DNA from: Thermodesulfobacteriota bacterium
GTDB lineage: Bacteria > Desulfobacterota > BSN033 > UBA1163
Direction of reading: 5' to 3'
NCBI GenBank assembly: GCA_047519465.1
Contig: JAPVTA010000151.1
Coordinates: 54,534 to 118,533, forward strand
Length of the DNA: 64,000 nucleotides
A program made the translations under genes and the position numbers. Shown in pieces: positions 45,633 to 55,273 of this stretch. The first letter of the stretch is position 1, and every line of letters begins with the position of its first letter. Under the pieces are notes generated by a model. That model had not been told where the DNA came from. It searched no databases and was given only the letters and a program-made list of their open reading frames with translations.

Positions 45633-46466
45633 ATGTCCCTCCTCCAAAAAGAACCTTTTTACAACAGGTCACTCGAAAGGGCTCTCAAGATCTTATGCAC
45701 CTTCCACAGGGATCGACAAGCCTTAACCCTAAGCCAATTATCAAAGATTTTAAACCTCTCCAAAACGACGGTTTCAAGACTCTCTTCGACTTTGATCAAA
45801 TATGATTTCATTAAGTGGGACCCGTATTCAAAACATTATTCCCTTGGTTTAAAGCTGTTCGAATTGGGAAGCGTCATCTTTTCATCCTTTTCCGTCAGAA
45901 GAGTCGCCCTATCACATTTAAGTCAACTTCAAGCCAGGTTGGGTAAAACAACGTTTCTGGGAATCTTACAGGATGATGAATTAGTCTACATCGACAAAAG
46001 AGAGGATCCCAGGAATCCCATCCTGTTTGCATCTCAAATAGGAACGCGGCGCCCGCCCTATTTTGGGATGCTCGGACAGATCCTGATGGCCTATTTACCG
46101 GATAGCGAAGTCAATAGATTATTAAAGAAAACCCCCTTAAAACCGTTAACCAAAAGATCTCTCACGAACATAAAGGAATTTAAGGAGAGGTTACGCAAGA
46201 TTCGTGAACAAGGATTTTTCGTTGATCAGGAAGAAGCCTTTGACGGTGTCACAGGAATCGCTGCCCCTGTTCGAGACTATAGTGGCAACGTGATTGCTGG
46301 AATAGGAGTCGGCATTTTTTCTTCATCTATGGATTCCAACCAAACAAGAAAAATAATAAACGATGTTGTGGAGACGGCGAAGAAGATTTCCCAAGAGATG
46401 GGCTACCTTGAGAGAGGAGGATCCTCACGATTCCAGACGAAATCGACAAAGTCCTCAAGACCATGA
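45633..46466 (+). CDS. IclR-family transcriptional regulator
   Basis: It has an N-terminal wHTH (SLERALKILCTF......LTLSQLSKILNLSKTTVSRL) and a C-terminal effector domain ending ..GVTGIAAPVRDYSGNVIAGIGV... Confidence 0.88.
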   Translation: MSLLQKEPFYNRSLERALKILCTFHRDRQALTLSQLSKILNLSKTTVSRLSSTLIKYDFIKWDPYSKHYSLGLKLFELGSVIFSSFSVRRVALSHLSQLQARLGKTTFLGILQDDELVYIDKREDPRNPILFASQIGTRRPPYFGMLGQILMAYLPDSEVNRLLKKTPLKPLTKRSLTNIKEFKERLRKIREQGFFVDQEEAFDGVTGIAAPVRDYSGNVIAGIGVGIFSSSMDSNQTRKIINDVVETAKKISQEMGYLERGGSSRFQTKSTKSSRP

Positions 46467-46629
46467 CGACATGTTCTTAAACCGTAGAGATGTCGTGGCA
46501 AGAAAAGGGTCCATATTCTCGGATGGAATAAAAATCGGGTGAAACGGTTCCAGATGTTTGGTCAGCATCTTATGGGCAACAGATCGGTTCCTAAAATTTG
46601 GGGCCGAAATAAACCAGGAGGTGGGAGAA

Positions 46630-47919
46630 ATGAGACAAAAAGGCAAAGGAGAAAATGGTGTGAGTCGGAGGAAGTTCATCAAAATGGTGGGAGCTGCTGG
46701 CGTTGCCACCTTCGGAGCATCTCTCTTTCCCAAGATCTCTAAAGCGGCGAGGGATCATATCCTGATTGGACACCCGGCACCGATCACTGGTCCGATTGCG
46801 CCCTTCGGAGAAACATCATTGTGGGCAGATGAACGCGTCGTCGCGGAGATTAACAAGGGGGGTGGCATTCTAATCAAGGAATTGGGAAAAAAGCTGCCAG
46901 TTAAAGTTAAATCGATGGACACGGAAAGTAATCCTACGAAGGCTGCAGAGGTGGCGAGCAAGCTGATTTTGCAGGATAAGGTCGATTTGATGGTCGTCCT
47001 TCATACCCCTGACACGGTCAATCCGGTAGGGGCCACCTGTGAGAGGTACGAGGTCCCATGCATCTCCTCGGTGGCGCCTATTGAGCCCTGGTTGACCGGA
47101 GGCCCCTACAAATGGACCTTCCACTTCTTCTGGAACTTAGGGCAGATCATCAACGTCTTCACAGGAATGTGGAATCAATTTGCTGATAAGACCACCAAAG
47201 TGGTGGGCGGTTTCTGGCCCAATGATCCTGATGGAACAGTTTGGGCCCAGGAGTTTCCGAAAAAACTCGGGACCATGGGCTTTAAAGTCGTGGACGTGGG
47301 AAGATTCCCGTATGGCATGCAGGATTTCGGCGGGTTCATCAATACATGGAAAAAAGAGAAGGTGGATATCTTGACAGGAGTTCCTATCCCACCCGATTGG
47401 GCCACCTGCTGGAGACAGTGCCATCAGCAGGGTTTCGTTCCAAAGATGGCCAGTATTGGAAAGGCGATCCTCTTCCCTGCTGCTGTAGAGGCGATAGGCG
47501 GTAATATTCCCAATGGTCTTACGAGTGAAGTCTGGTGGACGCCTTTGCATCCATTTAAATCATCCTTGACCGGAGCCACCTGCCAAGCCTTAGCGGATGC
47601 TTGGACCCAGACGACGAAGAGGCAGTGGACCCAGCCGCTTGGGTTTGATTATGCGGCCTTTGAGATTGCTGCCGATGTTTTGAAGCGGGCCGGGTCGTTA
47701 GACAAGAAGAATATCAGGGAAGCCCTGTCCAAGACCAGTCTCAACACCGTGGTGGGGCCCATCAAATTTAACGAGAAGAATTTTTCCCTCACTCCCTTGG
47801 TAGGCGGTCAATGGGTGAAGGGAAAGAAATGGCCCTGGGAACTTCAGATCGTCTACAACAAGGAGGCGACCAATATCCCGACCACGGGAAAGATGGTCTT
47901 CCCCATTCCCAAATCATAA
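46630..47919 (+). CDS. ABC transporter periplasmic substrate-binding protein (LivK/Peripla_BP_6 type) with a twin-arginine-like signal
   Basis: RBS GGAGGTGGG precedes the start. The N-terminus is MRQKGKGENGVSRRKFIKMVGAAGVATFGASL, and the protein is about 430 aa. Confidence 0.8.
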   Translation: MRQKGKGENGVSRRKFIKMVGAAGVATFGASLFPKISKAARDHILIGHPAPITGPIAPFGETSLWADERVVAEINKGGGILIKELGKKLPVKVKSMDTESNPTKAAEVASKLILQDKVDLMVVLHTPDTVNPVGATCERYEVPCISSVAPIEPWLTGGPYKWTFHFFWNLGQIINVFTGMWNQFADKTTKVVGGFWPNDPDGTVWAQEFPKKLGTMGFKVVDVGRFPYGMQDFGGFINTWKKEKVDILTGVPIPPDWATCWRQCHQQGFVPKMASIGKAILFPAAVEAIGGNIPNGLTSEVWWTPLHPFKSSLTGATCQALADAWTQTTKRQWTQPLGFDYAAFEIAADVLKRAGSLDKKNIREALSKTSLNTVVGPIKFNEKNFSLTPLVGGQWVKGKKWPWELQIVYNKEATNIPTTGKMVFPIPKS

Positions 47920-47966
47920 AAGAAATGTGATCCGGCCTAGCCGGAACTGAGTGGGGTTTGCAGCTT

Positions 47967-48072
47967 AAAAATCCGAATATCGAAACTCGAAATCTCAAAA
48001 CTTTTTGTTTGGAACATCTGAAATTCGGTCATTTGAGATGGTTTCGAGTTTCGGATTTCGTGCTTCGGATTT
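47967..48072. repeat. Imperfect long inverted repeat built from TCGAAA / TTCGGATTT motifs
   Basis: The left arm is atccgaatatcgaaactcgaaatctcaaaa. The right arm is tttgagatggtttcgagtttcggat, followed by ttcgtgcttcggattt. The matching blocks are atccgaa, actcgaaa and tctcaaa. Confidence 0.8.
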
Positions 48073-48135
48073 AGACCCGCTTGATCGCAAATAATCTTGC
48101 TGGCATTTTGCGCACAATTTTATTCATAAGAAGCT

Positions 48136-48861
48136 ATGTCCTCCATCCTGACCGTTAAAAATGTGAGCAAATCTTTCGGAAAGGTGACAGCCGTACATGA
48201 TCTCAGCTTTGAAGTGGAACAGGGGAGGATCCTGGGAATTATCGGCCCGAATGGTGCAGGGAAAACGACCCTGTTCAACCTGATCGCGGGTGAGATCAAA
48301 CCAGATTCGGGGAAGATTACATTCAACGGAACAGATGTGACGCTGACCCAGACTTACAGAAGGTGCCGGATGGGGATTGCTCGCACCTACCAGATCCCGA
48401 GACCTTTCGTGAACATGACAGTGCTCGAAAATGTGCTTGTGGGTGTTGTCTATGGGGGAGGCGTTGGAGGCAGGAAATCGAGGGAACGATGTGAAGAGGT
48501 TTTGAAAAAAACCGGATTAATATCGAAGAGAAATGTTTTAACAGAATCTCTACCCCTGTTAGATCGGAAAAAATTGGAGCTGACCAAAGCCCTTGCCACG
48601 AACCCAACCCTTCTTCTCATCGATGAAGTGGCGGGAGGCCTCACTGAATCGGAAGTGGAGGAGATCCTCGAAACCATTAACTCGTTAAGGAAAGACGGCA
48701 TGACGATTCTCTGGGTGGAACACATCATGATGGCCATGAAGAAGGGCCCAGACCGCTTGTTGGTGATGGATTTTGGTGAAAAGCTTGTCGACGGAAAACC
48801 GGAAGAGGTGCTTCAATCAGAAGAGGTTCACAAGATCTATTTAGGGGAAGAGGAAGATTGA
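48136..48861 (+). CDS. ABC transporter ATP-binding protein (LivG-like)
   Basis: It has Walker A GPNGAGKTT, a degenerate signature, and Walker B LLLIDEVAGGL. Confidence 0.88.
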   Translation: MSSILTVKNVSKSFGKVTAVHDLSFEVEQGRILGIIGPNGAGKTTLFNLIAGEIKPDSGKITFNGTDVTLTQTYRRCRMGIARTYQIPRPFVNMTVLENVLVGVVYGGGVGGRKSRERCEEVLKKTGLISKRNVLTESLPLLDRKKLELTKALATNPTLLLIDEVAGGLTESEVEEILETINSLRKDGMTILWVEHIMMAMKKGPDRLLVMDFGEKLVDGKPEEVLQSEEVHKIYLGEEED

Positions 48862-49568
48862 TGACCATGCTTGCCGTGAATAATTTGAACCTCTCCTACG
48901 GAGGATTTCAAGCCCTCGTGGACATTACCCTCCAGGTGAAAAGAGATCAGATCGTATCCATTCTTGGGTCCAACGGTGCAGGGAAGTCGACGCTTCTTAA
49001 GGCGATCTCTGGACTTCTGAAACCAAGCTCCGGAAGCATCCATTATGACGGAGGGAGGATCGATCATCTCGATCCTCATGAGATTGTAAGATTAGGACTT
49101 GCTTTGGTTCCGGAAGGACGAAAAATTTTCCCCAGCCTCACCGTCTTGGAGAACCTCCTGATCGGGTCCTATGTGCCCGAGGCCCGCCGGACCAAAGACG
49201 AGCAGCTTGAAAATGTCTTTGAACTTTTCCCAAGGCTGAAGGAGAGGAAGGGTCAATTCGGATCAACCCTGAGCGGAGGGGAGCAGCAGATGCTCGCCAT
49301 CGGCAGGGCCCTGATGTCACGGCCCCGTCTGATCGTCTTCGATGAGATCTCTCTGGGCCTCAGTCCAATCATTGTCCAACATCTCTACGAGACCGTCCAT
49401 CGAATCAAACAAAGAGGGATGGTGGTGGTCTTGGTGGAGCAGGATGTGAAGAGAAGCCTCAGGACCGCTGATTTCGCTTATATTCTGCAGGAAGGAAAGA
49501 TCAGGCTGGAAGGAGATCCACGGGGTTTCACCGAAGAGGAGGTCAAGAAGGCCTATTTCGGCCTTTAA
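48861..49568 (+). CDS. ABC transporter ATP-binding protein (LivF-like)
   Basis: It has Walker A GSNGAGKST, signature LSGGEQQML and Walker B LIVFDEISLGL. The ATG overlaps the upstream TGA. Confidence 0.88.
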   Translation: MTMLAVNNLNLSYGGFQALVDITLQVKRDQIVSILGSNGAGKSTLLKAISGLLKPSSGSIHYDGGRIDHLDPHEIVRLGLALVPEGRKIFPSLTVLENLLIGSYVPEARRTKDEQLENVFELFPRLKERKGQFGSTLSGGEQQMLAIGRALMSRPRLIVFDEISLGLSPIIVQHLYETVHRIKQRGMVVVLVEQDVKRSLRTADFAYILQEGKIRLEGDPRGFTEEEVKKAYFGL

Positions 49569-49634
49569 CTACAAAATATTTCTTAAAACGAATGAGATTC
49601 ATCCGAAGATAGAGAAGAAAAGGAATCGAGTCTG

Positions 49635-50498
49635 ATGCTCACTTTTTTAGAGCCATTCATCAATGGGATTCTGCTCGGCGGCCTTTATGCCGTGATCAGC
49701 ATCGGTCTTTCAATGATCTTCGGAATCATGAGGCAGGTCAACCTGGCTCACGGCGAATTAATGATCCTTGCGAGTTATTTCAGTCTCATCTTCATCCAAC
49801 TCTTGGGGCTCCATCCACTTCTGACTTTCCTTTTCGTCCTCCCCGCAACCTTTCTGTTAGGCTACATGATCCAAACCTTTCTTTTTAACCGGGTTTTAGA
49901 AAAAGGGATCGAGCCCTATCTCATGATCTCTTTCGGACTCTCCATCATCCTTCAAAATGCCATGCTTCTTATCTTCACTCCCGATGCCCGCACCCTAAAG
50001 ACAGGTCTGGCCATTGAGAGTCTCGATGTCTTTGGCCTGTTCCATGTGCCGGTGATCTACCTCGTCGACTGCGCTGCGGGTTTTCTCGTGTTGAGCCTGC
50101 TCCATACAATAATGAAAAGAACATATCTGGGATGGGCGATTCGGGCGGCATCAGATAATTTGACGGCAGCCAAACTGATGGGAATTAACCCCAAAAGGAT
50201 CTACGCCTTAGCCATGGGGATGGCTGTGATCACGGCTGCCATCTCAGGAGTGCTGGTGGGGATGACTTTTACCTTTTACCCCCATTCTGGTACGCAATAC
50301 CTCATCATCGCCTTTGGCGTCGTCATCATTGGGGGTTTGGGAAGCCTGCCAGGAACTTTTTTAGGAGGGTTGATTCTTGGCGTTTCTCAGTTAGTCGGTG
50401 GCCGGATCATTGGCCCCGGACTTCAATTGCTGTGCGGATACATCATCCTGCTCATTGTGTTGACGATCAGGCCCCAAGGATTATTGGGAAGGAAGTAA
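49635..50498 (+). CDS. Branched-chain-type ABC permease (LivH-like)
   Basis: The 287-aa polytopic protein begins ..GILLGGLYAVISIGLSMIFG....NLAHGE... Confidence 0.85.
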   Translation: MLTFLEPFINGILLGGLYAVISIGLSMIFGIMRQVNLAHGELMILASYFSLIFIQLLGLHPLLTFLFVLPATFLLGYMIQTFLFNRVLEKGIEPYLMISFGLSIILQNAMLLIFTPDARTLKTGLAIESLDVFGLFHVPVIYLVDCAAGFLVLSLLHTIMKRTYLGWAIRAASDNLTAAKLMGINPKRIYALAMGMAVITAAISGVLVGMTFTFYPHSGTQYLIIAFGVVIIGGLGSLPGTFLGGLILGVSQLVGGRIIGPGLQLLCGYIILLIVLTIRPQGLLGRK

Positions 50499-51445
50499 TG
50501 CTTTCGATGTCATCCCATCGAATTCGTATCATTGGAATCATTTTGCTATTAGGAGCTCTTGCCACGCTTCCCCTTTGGGCTTCCCGTTACATGGTGAGCA
50601 TCTTCTTGCTCATCTGTCTCTACATGACCTTGGCTTCCATGTGGAACTTGTTGGCTGGCTATTCAGGTTTGATCTCCTTGGGACAGCAGATGTTTATTGG
50701 AATAGGGGGATACTCCCTTGCCGTGTTGTGCATGTACTATGGGCTTCCCATTTTTCTCAGCCTTCTCCTGGGAGGGATGATATCGGTCCTCCTTGCGATC
50801 CTCATCTCCGTGCCGATCTTCAGAATGAAAGGTGTCTATTTTGCAATCGGGACATGGATCATCGCCGAGGCATTAGGAATCTGTTTCAGCAACTGGGGAT
50901 ATGTCCGATACGGGATGGGCCTTTTTATACAGCCGGCTTATAAACTCTCCATCTCGACGATTTACTATGGCGCGCTGGTCATCTGTTGCGGTTCCATTGC
51001 TCTGATCTATTTCCTCCTTCGTTCCAATTTGGGCCTTGCCCTGATGGCCATTCGGGATGATGATGGTGCTTCCGAGGGCCTGGGGGTCAACATTTTTCGC
51101 TGCAAGTTTACCTGTTTCCTGTTGAGCGCGTTTGTTACCGGCGTGACAGCGGGTGTCTTGTACCTGAACACAATCTTCATCCAACCCTTCGAAGCCTTCG
51201 GCATCGGCTGGACCGTCAAACTCCTCTTCATCGTCATCATCGGAGGTCTGGGGACAGTGGCAGGCCCTATTGCGGGAGCGGCCATTTTCGTCATTTTGCA
51301 GCAGTACCTTTCTGAATACGTCGGTTTCAATTTAATCATTTTTGGGACGATTACTATTGTAGTCATCTTTTTTGCGCCCAAAGGTATTGTCGGAACATTC
51401 CAGGAGAGATTGGGGTTCGAAATCTTTCCAGTCAGACGTCGCTAG
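50498..51445 (+). CDS. Branched-chain-type ABC permease (LivM-like)
   Basis: The polytopic protein contains ..NLLAGYSGLISLGQQMFIGIGGY... The ATG at 50498 overlaps the upstream TAA; the ORF-track start is 50432. Confidence 0.85.
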   Translation: MLSMSSHRIRIIGIILLLGALATLPLWASRYMVSIFLLICLYMTLASMWNLLAGYSGLISLGQQMFIGIGGYSLAVLCMYYGLPIFLSLLLGGMISVLLAILISVPIFRMKGVYFAIGTWIIAEALGICFSNWGYVRYGMGLFIQPAYKLSISTIYYGALVICCGSIALIYFLLRSNLGLALMAIRDDDGASEGLGVNIFRCKFTCFLLSAFVTGVTAGVLYLNTIFIQPFEAFGIGWTVKLLFIVIIGGLGTVAGPIAGAAIFVILQQYLSEYVGFNLIIFGTITIVVIFFAPKGIVGTFQERLGFEIFPVRRR

Positions 51446-51492
51446 GAAGAGAAAGATCGCGATGGAAAAGAATTCTTTCGAGGTGAGGATGG

Positions 51493-52455
51493 ATGATGTT
51501 CACAAAGAGATTCGACGAATTGAATAAAGACATGTTTCAAGAGTGCGGAGGGAAGGCGGCCCACCTGGGCGAACTCACCCGCCTGAAACTAAACGTCCCG
51601 AATGGTTTTAATGTCCTCGGCCATGCCTTTTACTACCACTTGAAGAAGAATCTTCTTGAGGATCCGATCAGGCAGATCGCAGAGAGGATCCGCTATGACG
51701 ATTTCCAAGACCTTGAAGAGAAGACGAAAGAGATTCGGGAGTTGATCGTGAATGCGCCCGTCCCCCCGGAGATCGAACGGGAGATCATTGAGAATTATGA
51801 AAGACTTTCACAGGGTCAACCAAAACCCTTCGTGGCCGTTCGGTCGTCCGTCGCTGTCAAAGATTCTTCGATCTCTTCTTTTCCAGGGATGATGGATACC
51901 TTCCATTATATTCAAGGAGGAGCGAAGGTGGTGGAAAAGGTGAAGGAATGCTGGGCTTCGGTCTGGTCAGGCCGCGCTGCCTTTTCCCGTCACTCCAAGG
52001 GGATAGAACACACCAAAGCCATCATTGCCCCAACGATCCAATTGATGGTGAACTCAGAAGTGGCGGGGGTGCTCTTTACCGTCAATCCCGTCACCGGGTC
52101 GAGCGACGATATCGTGATCGAGGCGAATTGGGGATTGGGAGAATCCGTCGTCTGCGGAAAATGTCTGTGTGATTTTTATACCGCTGACAAGAATCTCTTC
52201 TGCATCAAAGTAAAGAAAATAGCCAAGAAGCGACAAGCTTATGCGCAGAATAAGGAAGGGGGGGCGGATTGGGTTGAGGTGGAACCCGAGAAGATGGGCA
52301 TGTCCACCCTTTCGGAGGGCCAGGTAGAGGAGCTTTGCAGGGTCGCATGTGTGATCGAGGGGCATTATGGTTACCCCCAGGATATTGAGTGGGCCTATGA
52401 AAAGGGTGCATTATATATCTTGCAAGCCCGCAGGGCAAAGGCTGGTGGCGAGTAA
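51493..52455 (+). CDS. PEP-synthase/PPDK N-terminal ATP-grasp (nucleotide-binding) domain protein, stand-alone (phenylphosphate synthase beta-like)
   Basis: The protein shows GGKAAHLGEL, FVAVRSSVAVKDSSISSFPGMMDT (compare canonical VAVRSSA.AED...SFAG), ECWASVWS.RA, AGVLFT.NP and DIEWAYEKGALYILQARR. At 320 aa it has no swivel or TIM-barrel domain. Confidence 0.8.
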   Translation: MMFTKRFDELNKDMFQECGGKAAHLGELTRLKLNVPNGFNVLGHAFYYHLKKNLLEDPIRQIAERIRYDDFQDLEEKTKEIRELIVNAPVPPEIEREIIENYERLSQGQPKPFVAVRSSVAVKDSSISSFPGMMDTFHYIQGGAKVVEKVKECWASVWSGRAAFSRHSKGIEHTKAIIAPTIQLMVNSEVAGVLFTVNPVTGSSDDIVIEANWGLGESVVCGKCLCDFYTADKNLFCIKVKKIAKKRQAYAQNKEGGADWVEVEPEKMGMSTLSEGQVEELCRVACVIEGHYGYPQDIEWAYEKGALYILQARRAKAGGE

Positions 52456-52586
52456 TGCGAAGGAGGGGAGGTGAACGGACAGGACCACAAGATCAAGAAA
52501 GAATGAAGGCGGGTTTATCCTCTGCCTCTGGAGTTTGGAACACGACGATCATTTGAGAAAAAATGAAAAAAGGAGGATGAGTGTTT

Positions 52587-53621
52587 ATGGCACAAAGAAC
52601 GGTGGATGTACATTGTCATTGGTACCCTAAAGAATATATGGATTATCTTATTTCAAGGGGATCGGCGAATTCTCCCTACTGTATGCACGATGGGGGGACC
52701 CATTACCGGATGTGGTATAAAGGCGTGTGCGTCGCTCATATCGACAGGGCGGGACATTACGATTTAAGGGCAAGGGTTGAGGACTTAGATAAAGCAGGTC
52801 TGGATACCCAACTTCTCACTGTAACCATCCCCGGCCCGGAATCTCTCGAAAGAGACAAAGGGGTCTATTGGGCGAAGAAGCTCAACGATGCTCTCGCCAA
52901 AGCAGCACAGGATTATCCAGGACGCTTTTATCACATGGCTTCGCTTCCTTATCAGGATCCTGACGAAGCTTGCAAAGAACTGGAGAGATGTCATCAGATG
53001 GGTTGCGTTGGCATCCAGATGTTCTCCAACTTCAACGGAGAACTCGTCTACCTCGAGAAGTTCCACCCCATTTACGAGCTGGCGAACAAGTGGGAACTTC
53101 CTTTCCTCATGCATCCCGCTGTTCCGCTCACCGCACCCGTCATGGATATGATGAAAATCCCCTATCAGCTCTGGGCGTTTACCCTGGATACGAGCATGGC
53201 CGTTTTAAGCCTCATCTTCCAAGGTGTCCTTGATAAGTTCCCGCAGATGACCCTTGTCCACGGACACCTGGGAGGAATGGTTCCCTATTTCGTTCGCCGA
53301 CTGCAAGATTCCTACAGGGGTTACGCGAAGGAATGGGGCCTTGAACTGAAGGAGTCCCCAGACCTCACCTATAAGAAAAGGGTCTATCCGGATACGACCT
53401 CTTTTTATGTCCCCGCCATGAAATGCTGTCTGGAGTGGATCGGACCTGAACGCATGGTCATGGGAACGGACTATGCCCATCGTGTGGGCGATCCTGAAGG
53501 AGCCATCAGGGCAATCAAAGACGTGGGGAAGCAGGTAAAACTAAAAAAGGGAGAAGTGGATCTCATCTTGGGAAAGAACCTTGAGAAGCTTTTCAAACTC
53601 CCGTCGATGAAAAAGAAATAG
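52587..53621 (+). CDS. Amidohydrolase-2 family metal-dependent hydrolase/(de)carboxylase (ACMSD/LigW/resorcylate-decarboxylase superfamily)
   Basis: The N-terminal VDVHCHWYP carries the HxH metal motif, and later ..MHPA.. and ..MGTDYAH.. provide the Asp/His motif. RBS GGAGG lies 10 nt upstream of ATG 52587. Confidence 0.7.
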   Translation: MAQRTVDVHCHWYPKEYMDYLISRGSANSPYCMHDGGTHYRMWYKGVCVAHIDRAGHYDLRARVEDLDKAGLDTQLLTVTIPGPESLERDKGVYWAKKLNDALAKAAQDYPGRFYHMASLPYQDPDEACKELERCHQMGCVGIQMFSNFNGELVYLEKFHPIYELANKWELPFLMHPAVPLTAPVMDMMKIPYQLWAFTLDTSMAVLSLIFQGVLDKFPQMTLVHGHLGGMVPYFVRRLQDSYRGYAKEWGLELKESPDLTYKKRVYPDTTSFYVPAMKCCLEWIGPERMVMGTDYAHRVGDPEGAIRAIKDVGKQVKLKKGEVDLILGKNLEKLFKLPSMKKK

Positions 53622-53725
53622 GGTTGAGATCGCAGGGCGTGGGAAGACTCTTTCTTATCGAGTGCCTTTCGCCCAGCGGCTCCACTCGACATCCAGAGCC
53701 GTTCTGAGCTCGAAGGAACAAAAGG

Positions 53726-54469
53726 ATGGAGATTACAGCCAAGTGGGTCGGCTTCGATTTTGGACAGTGTCTGATGGACCCCTCTGGTCTTCGCAATCAC
53801 CTGGTCATCGGGGATGTATGCAAGGAGACGGGGGAACCAGAGAAGATCGACGAGCGAATTCATAAGTATCGGGTATTGAAGGAGAAATATGGCAGCTATG
53901 GAGCCATCAAAGAAGGACACCGGGACGAAATCCTAAGATATGTGTTTGAGAATAATGCCGAGGCCATGGAGATTTTTGCCTTGAAGGAGCAGGAGTATCT
54001 TAAGGTCCCAGAAGGCATTGAAGAGGTTCTTCAATACTTAAGGGATCAGGGGATCAAAAGAGCGGTTGTGGCCGAGCTTAAGAAGACCCTCGGGCCCATC
54101 GGCACAGATATTGTCACACGGTTCTTGAAGAGGAACCATTTGCTCGATTATTTTGACCAGGTCATTACACCCCAAGGGTGTGTGGATCTCCAGGATGGAT
54201 CGGTCGACCTACGATATAAAGGAAAGACGAAGGAAGAGGGTACGTTATACGATGAACTCGCCCAGGACCTCCTCAAGCAGGGCATTCAGACATCGGAGGC
54301 GGTGATGATCGGCGACAAACTGTGGACCGACATCACTCCTGCAAAGAAGAGAGGGTTCCATACGATCCAGTATATCGGCTATATCGACTACGGACGATCG
54401 AAGGATGCCGATTTCGTCATCTCCAATTTTCGCGAGATGAAAGGGATCGTGAAAGGGATGAGGAGATGA
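53726..54469 (+). CDS. HAD-superfamily-like protein with degenerate catalytic motifs
   Basis: Motif I is GFDFGQCL, so DxG replaces DxD. The motif II position reads VVAE, with no Ser/Thr. Motif IV, MIGDKLWTDI, is intact. Confidence 0.55.
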   Translation: MEITAKWVGFDFGQCLMDPSGLRNHLVIGDVCKETGEPEKIDERIHKYRVLKEKYGSYGAIKEGHRDEILRYVFENNAEAMEIFALKEQEYLKVPEGIEEVLQYLRDQGIKRAVVAELKKTLGPIGTDIVTRFLKRNHLLDYFDQVITPQGCVDLQDGSVDLRYKGKTKEEGTLYDELAQDLLKQGIQTSEAVMIGDKLWTDITPAKKRGFHTIQYIGYIDYGRSKDADFVISNFREMKGIVKGMRR

Positions 54470-55152
54470 AAACCCCGAAGCATTTGATCATTGAATACGA
54501 AGATCAATCCGCAAAGACCATTCCCTTCAGCCAACTGGACAGGTCTATCTGGCGGGAACTCTCGCGGACAGGCCTCTGCTCCCCGCCGACCGAGTGGGTG
54601 GAACCTTCACAGAGCTACCTCCTGCTGCGCTGGAAGGACGGATGGCAGGAGGTGGTCGCCACGGGCCAAGACGCCGTCGATCTGTTGCGTTACTACATTC
54701 TCGAAAGGGTGGAAGAGACGGGAAGAGCGGTTCTTGAAACGGGGGTGGACTATCCTCTTCTCCTCACGGTGAAACGGCTTCCAAAGACGTTAGAGAGCCT
54801 GACCATCGTGAATGGCAACGCTGCGAAAGCATACCATGTGGAGCCGAAGGGGAAGAAAGAAGAGGGAAATAAGATAGAGCATGTGGAGTACGATCGGGCA
54901 GAGCGCCATTTCCAGCCTCACGCCCAAGAGACGGGAGAAGAAGGCATTCAGTCCATGGCCCGCCTCCTAACAGCGGAGATGACAAAAAAGGATCTGACGC
55001 CCAAAAAACTTCTGGATCTCGAGCCGGGTCAAAAAGTTACAAAGTACAAAGAGTTGGCAAAAGCGATGAGAATCAGGGCGATGGAAAAACAGGAGGATCT
55101 TTACGGATTCTTACAACTCATGGTCGGAAAACTGGCGGCCTCTGAGAAATAA
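54466..55152 (+). CDS. Hypothetical soluble protein (228 aa, K/E-rich C-terminus), translationally coupled to the HAD-like gene
   Basis: The ATGA start/stop overlap is at 54466-54469. I see no TM segment and no recognisable motif. The ORF-track 5' extension to 54322 overlaps the HAD gene. Confidence 0.5.
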   Translation: MKTPKHLIIEYEDQSAKTIPFSQLDRSIWRELSRTGLCSPPTEWVEPSQSYLLLRWKDGWQEVVATGQDAVDLLRYYILERVEETGRAVLETGVDYPLLLTVKRLPKTLESLTIVNGNAAKAYHVEPKGKKEEGNKIEHVEYDRAERHFQPHAQETGEEGIQSMARLLTAEMTKKDLTPKKLLDLEPGQKVTKYKELAKAMRIRAMEKQEDLYGFLQLMVGKLAASEK

Positions 55153-55157
55153 ACTCC

Positions 55158-55222
55158 GTTAGAAATGTAACCCCCCTGCAGAGCCCCGCACCGCATGGTG
55201 TACAGGGCAGAGCAGTGAGGCA
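55158..55222. repeat. Intergenic inverted repeat GTTAGAAAT ... ATTTCTAAC with an inner CCCTG/CAGGG pairing
   Basis: The outer arms lie at 55158-55166 and 55214-55222, between the orphan gene and the swivel-domain gene. Confidence 0.7.
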
Positions 55223-55273
55223 CTATTTCTAACTGGGTAAACGCTGCCGATTTCCGGGGACGGAGGGTTCACG

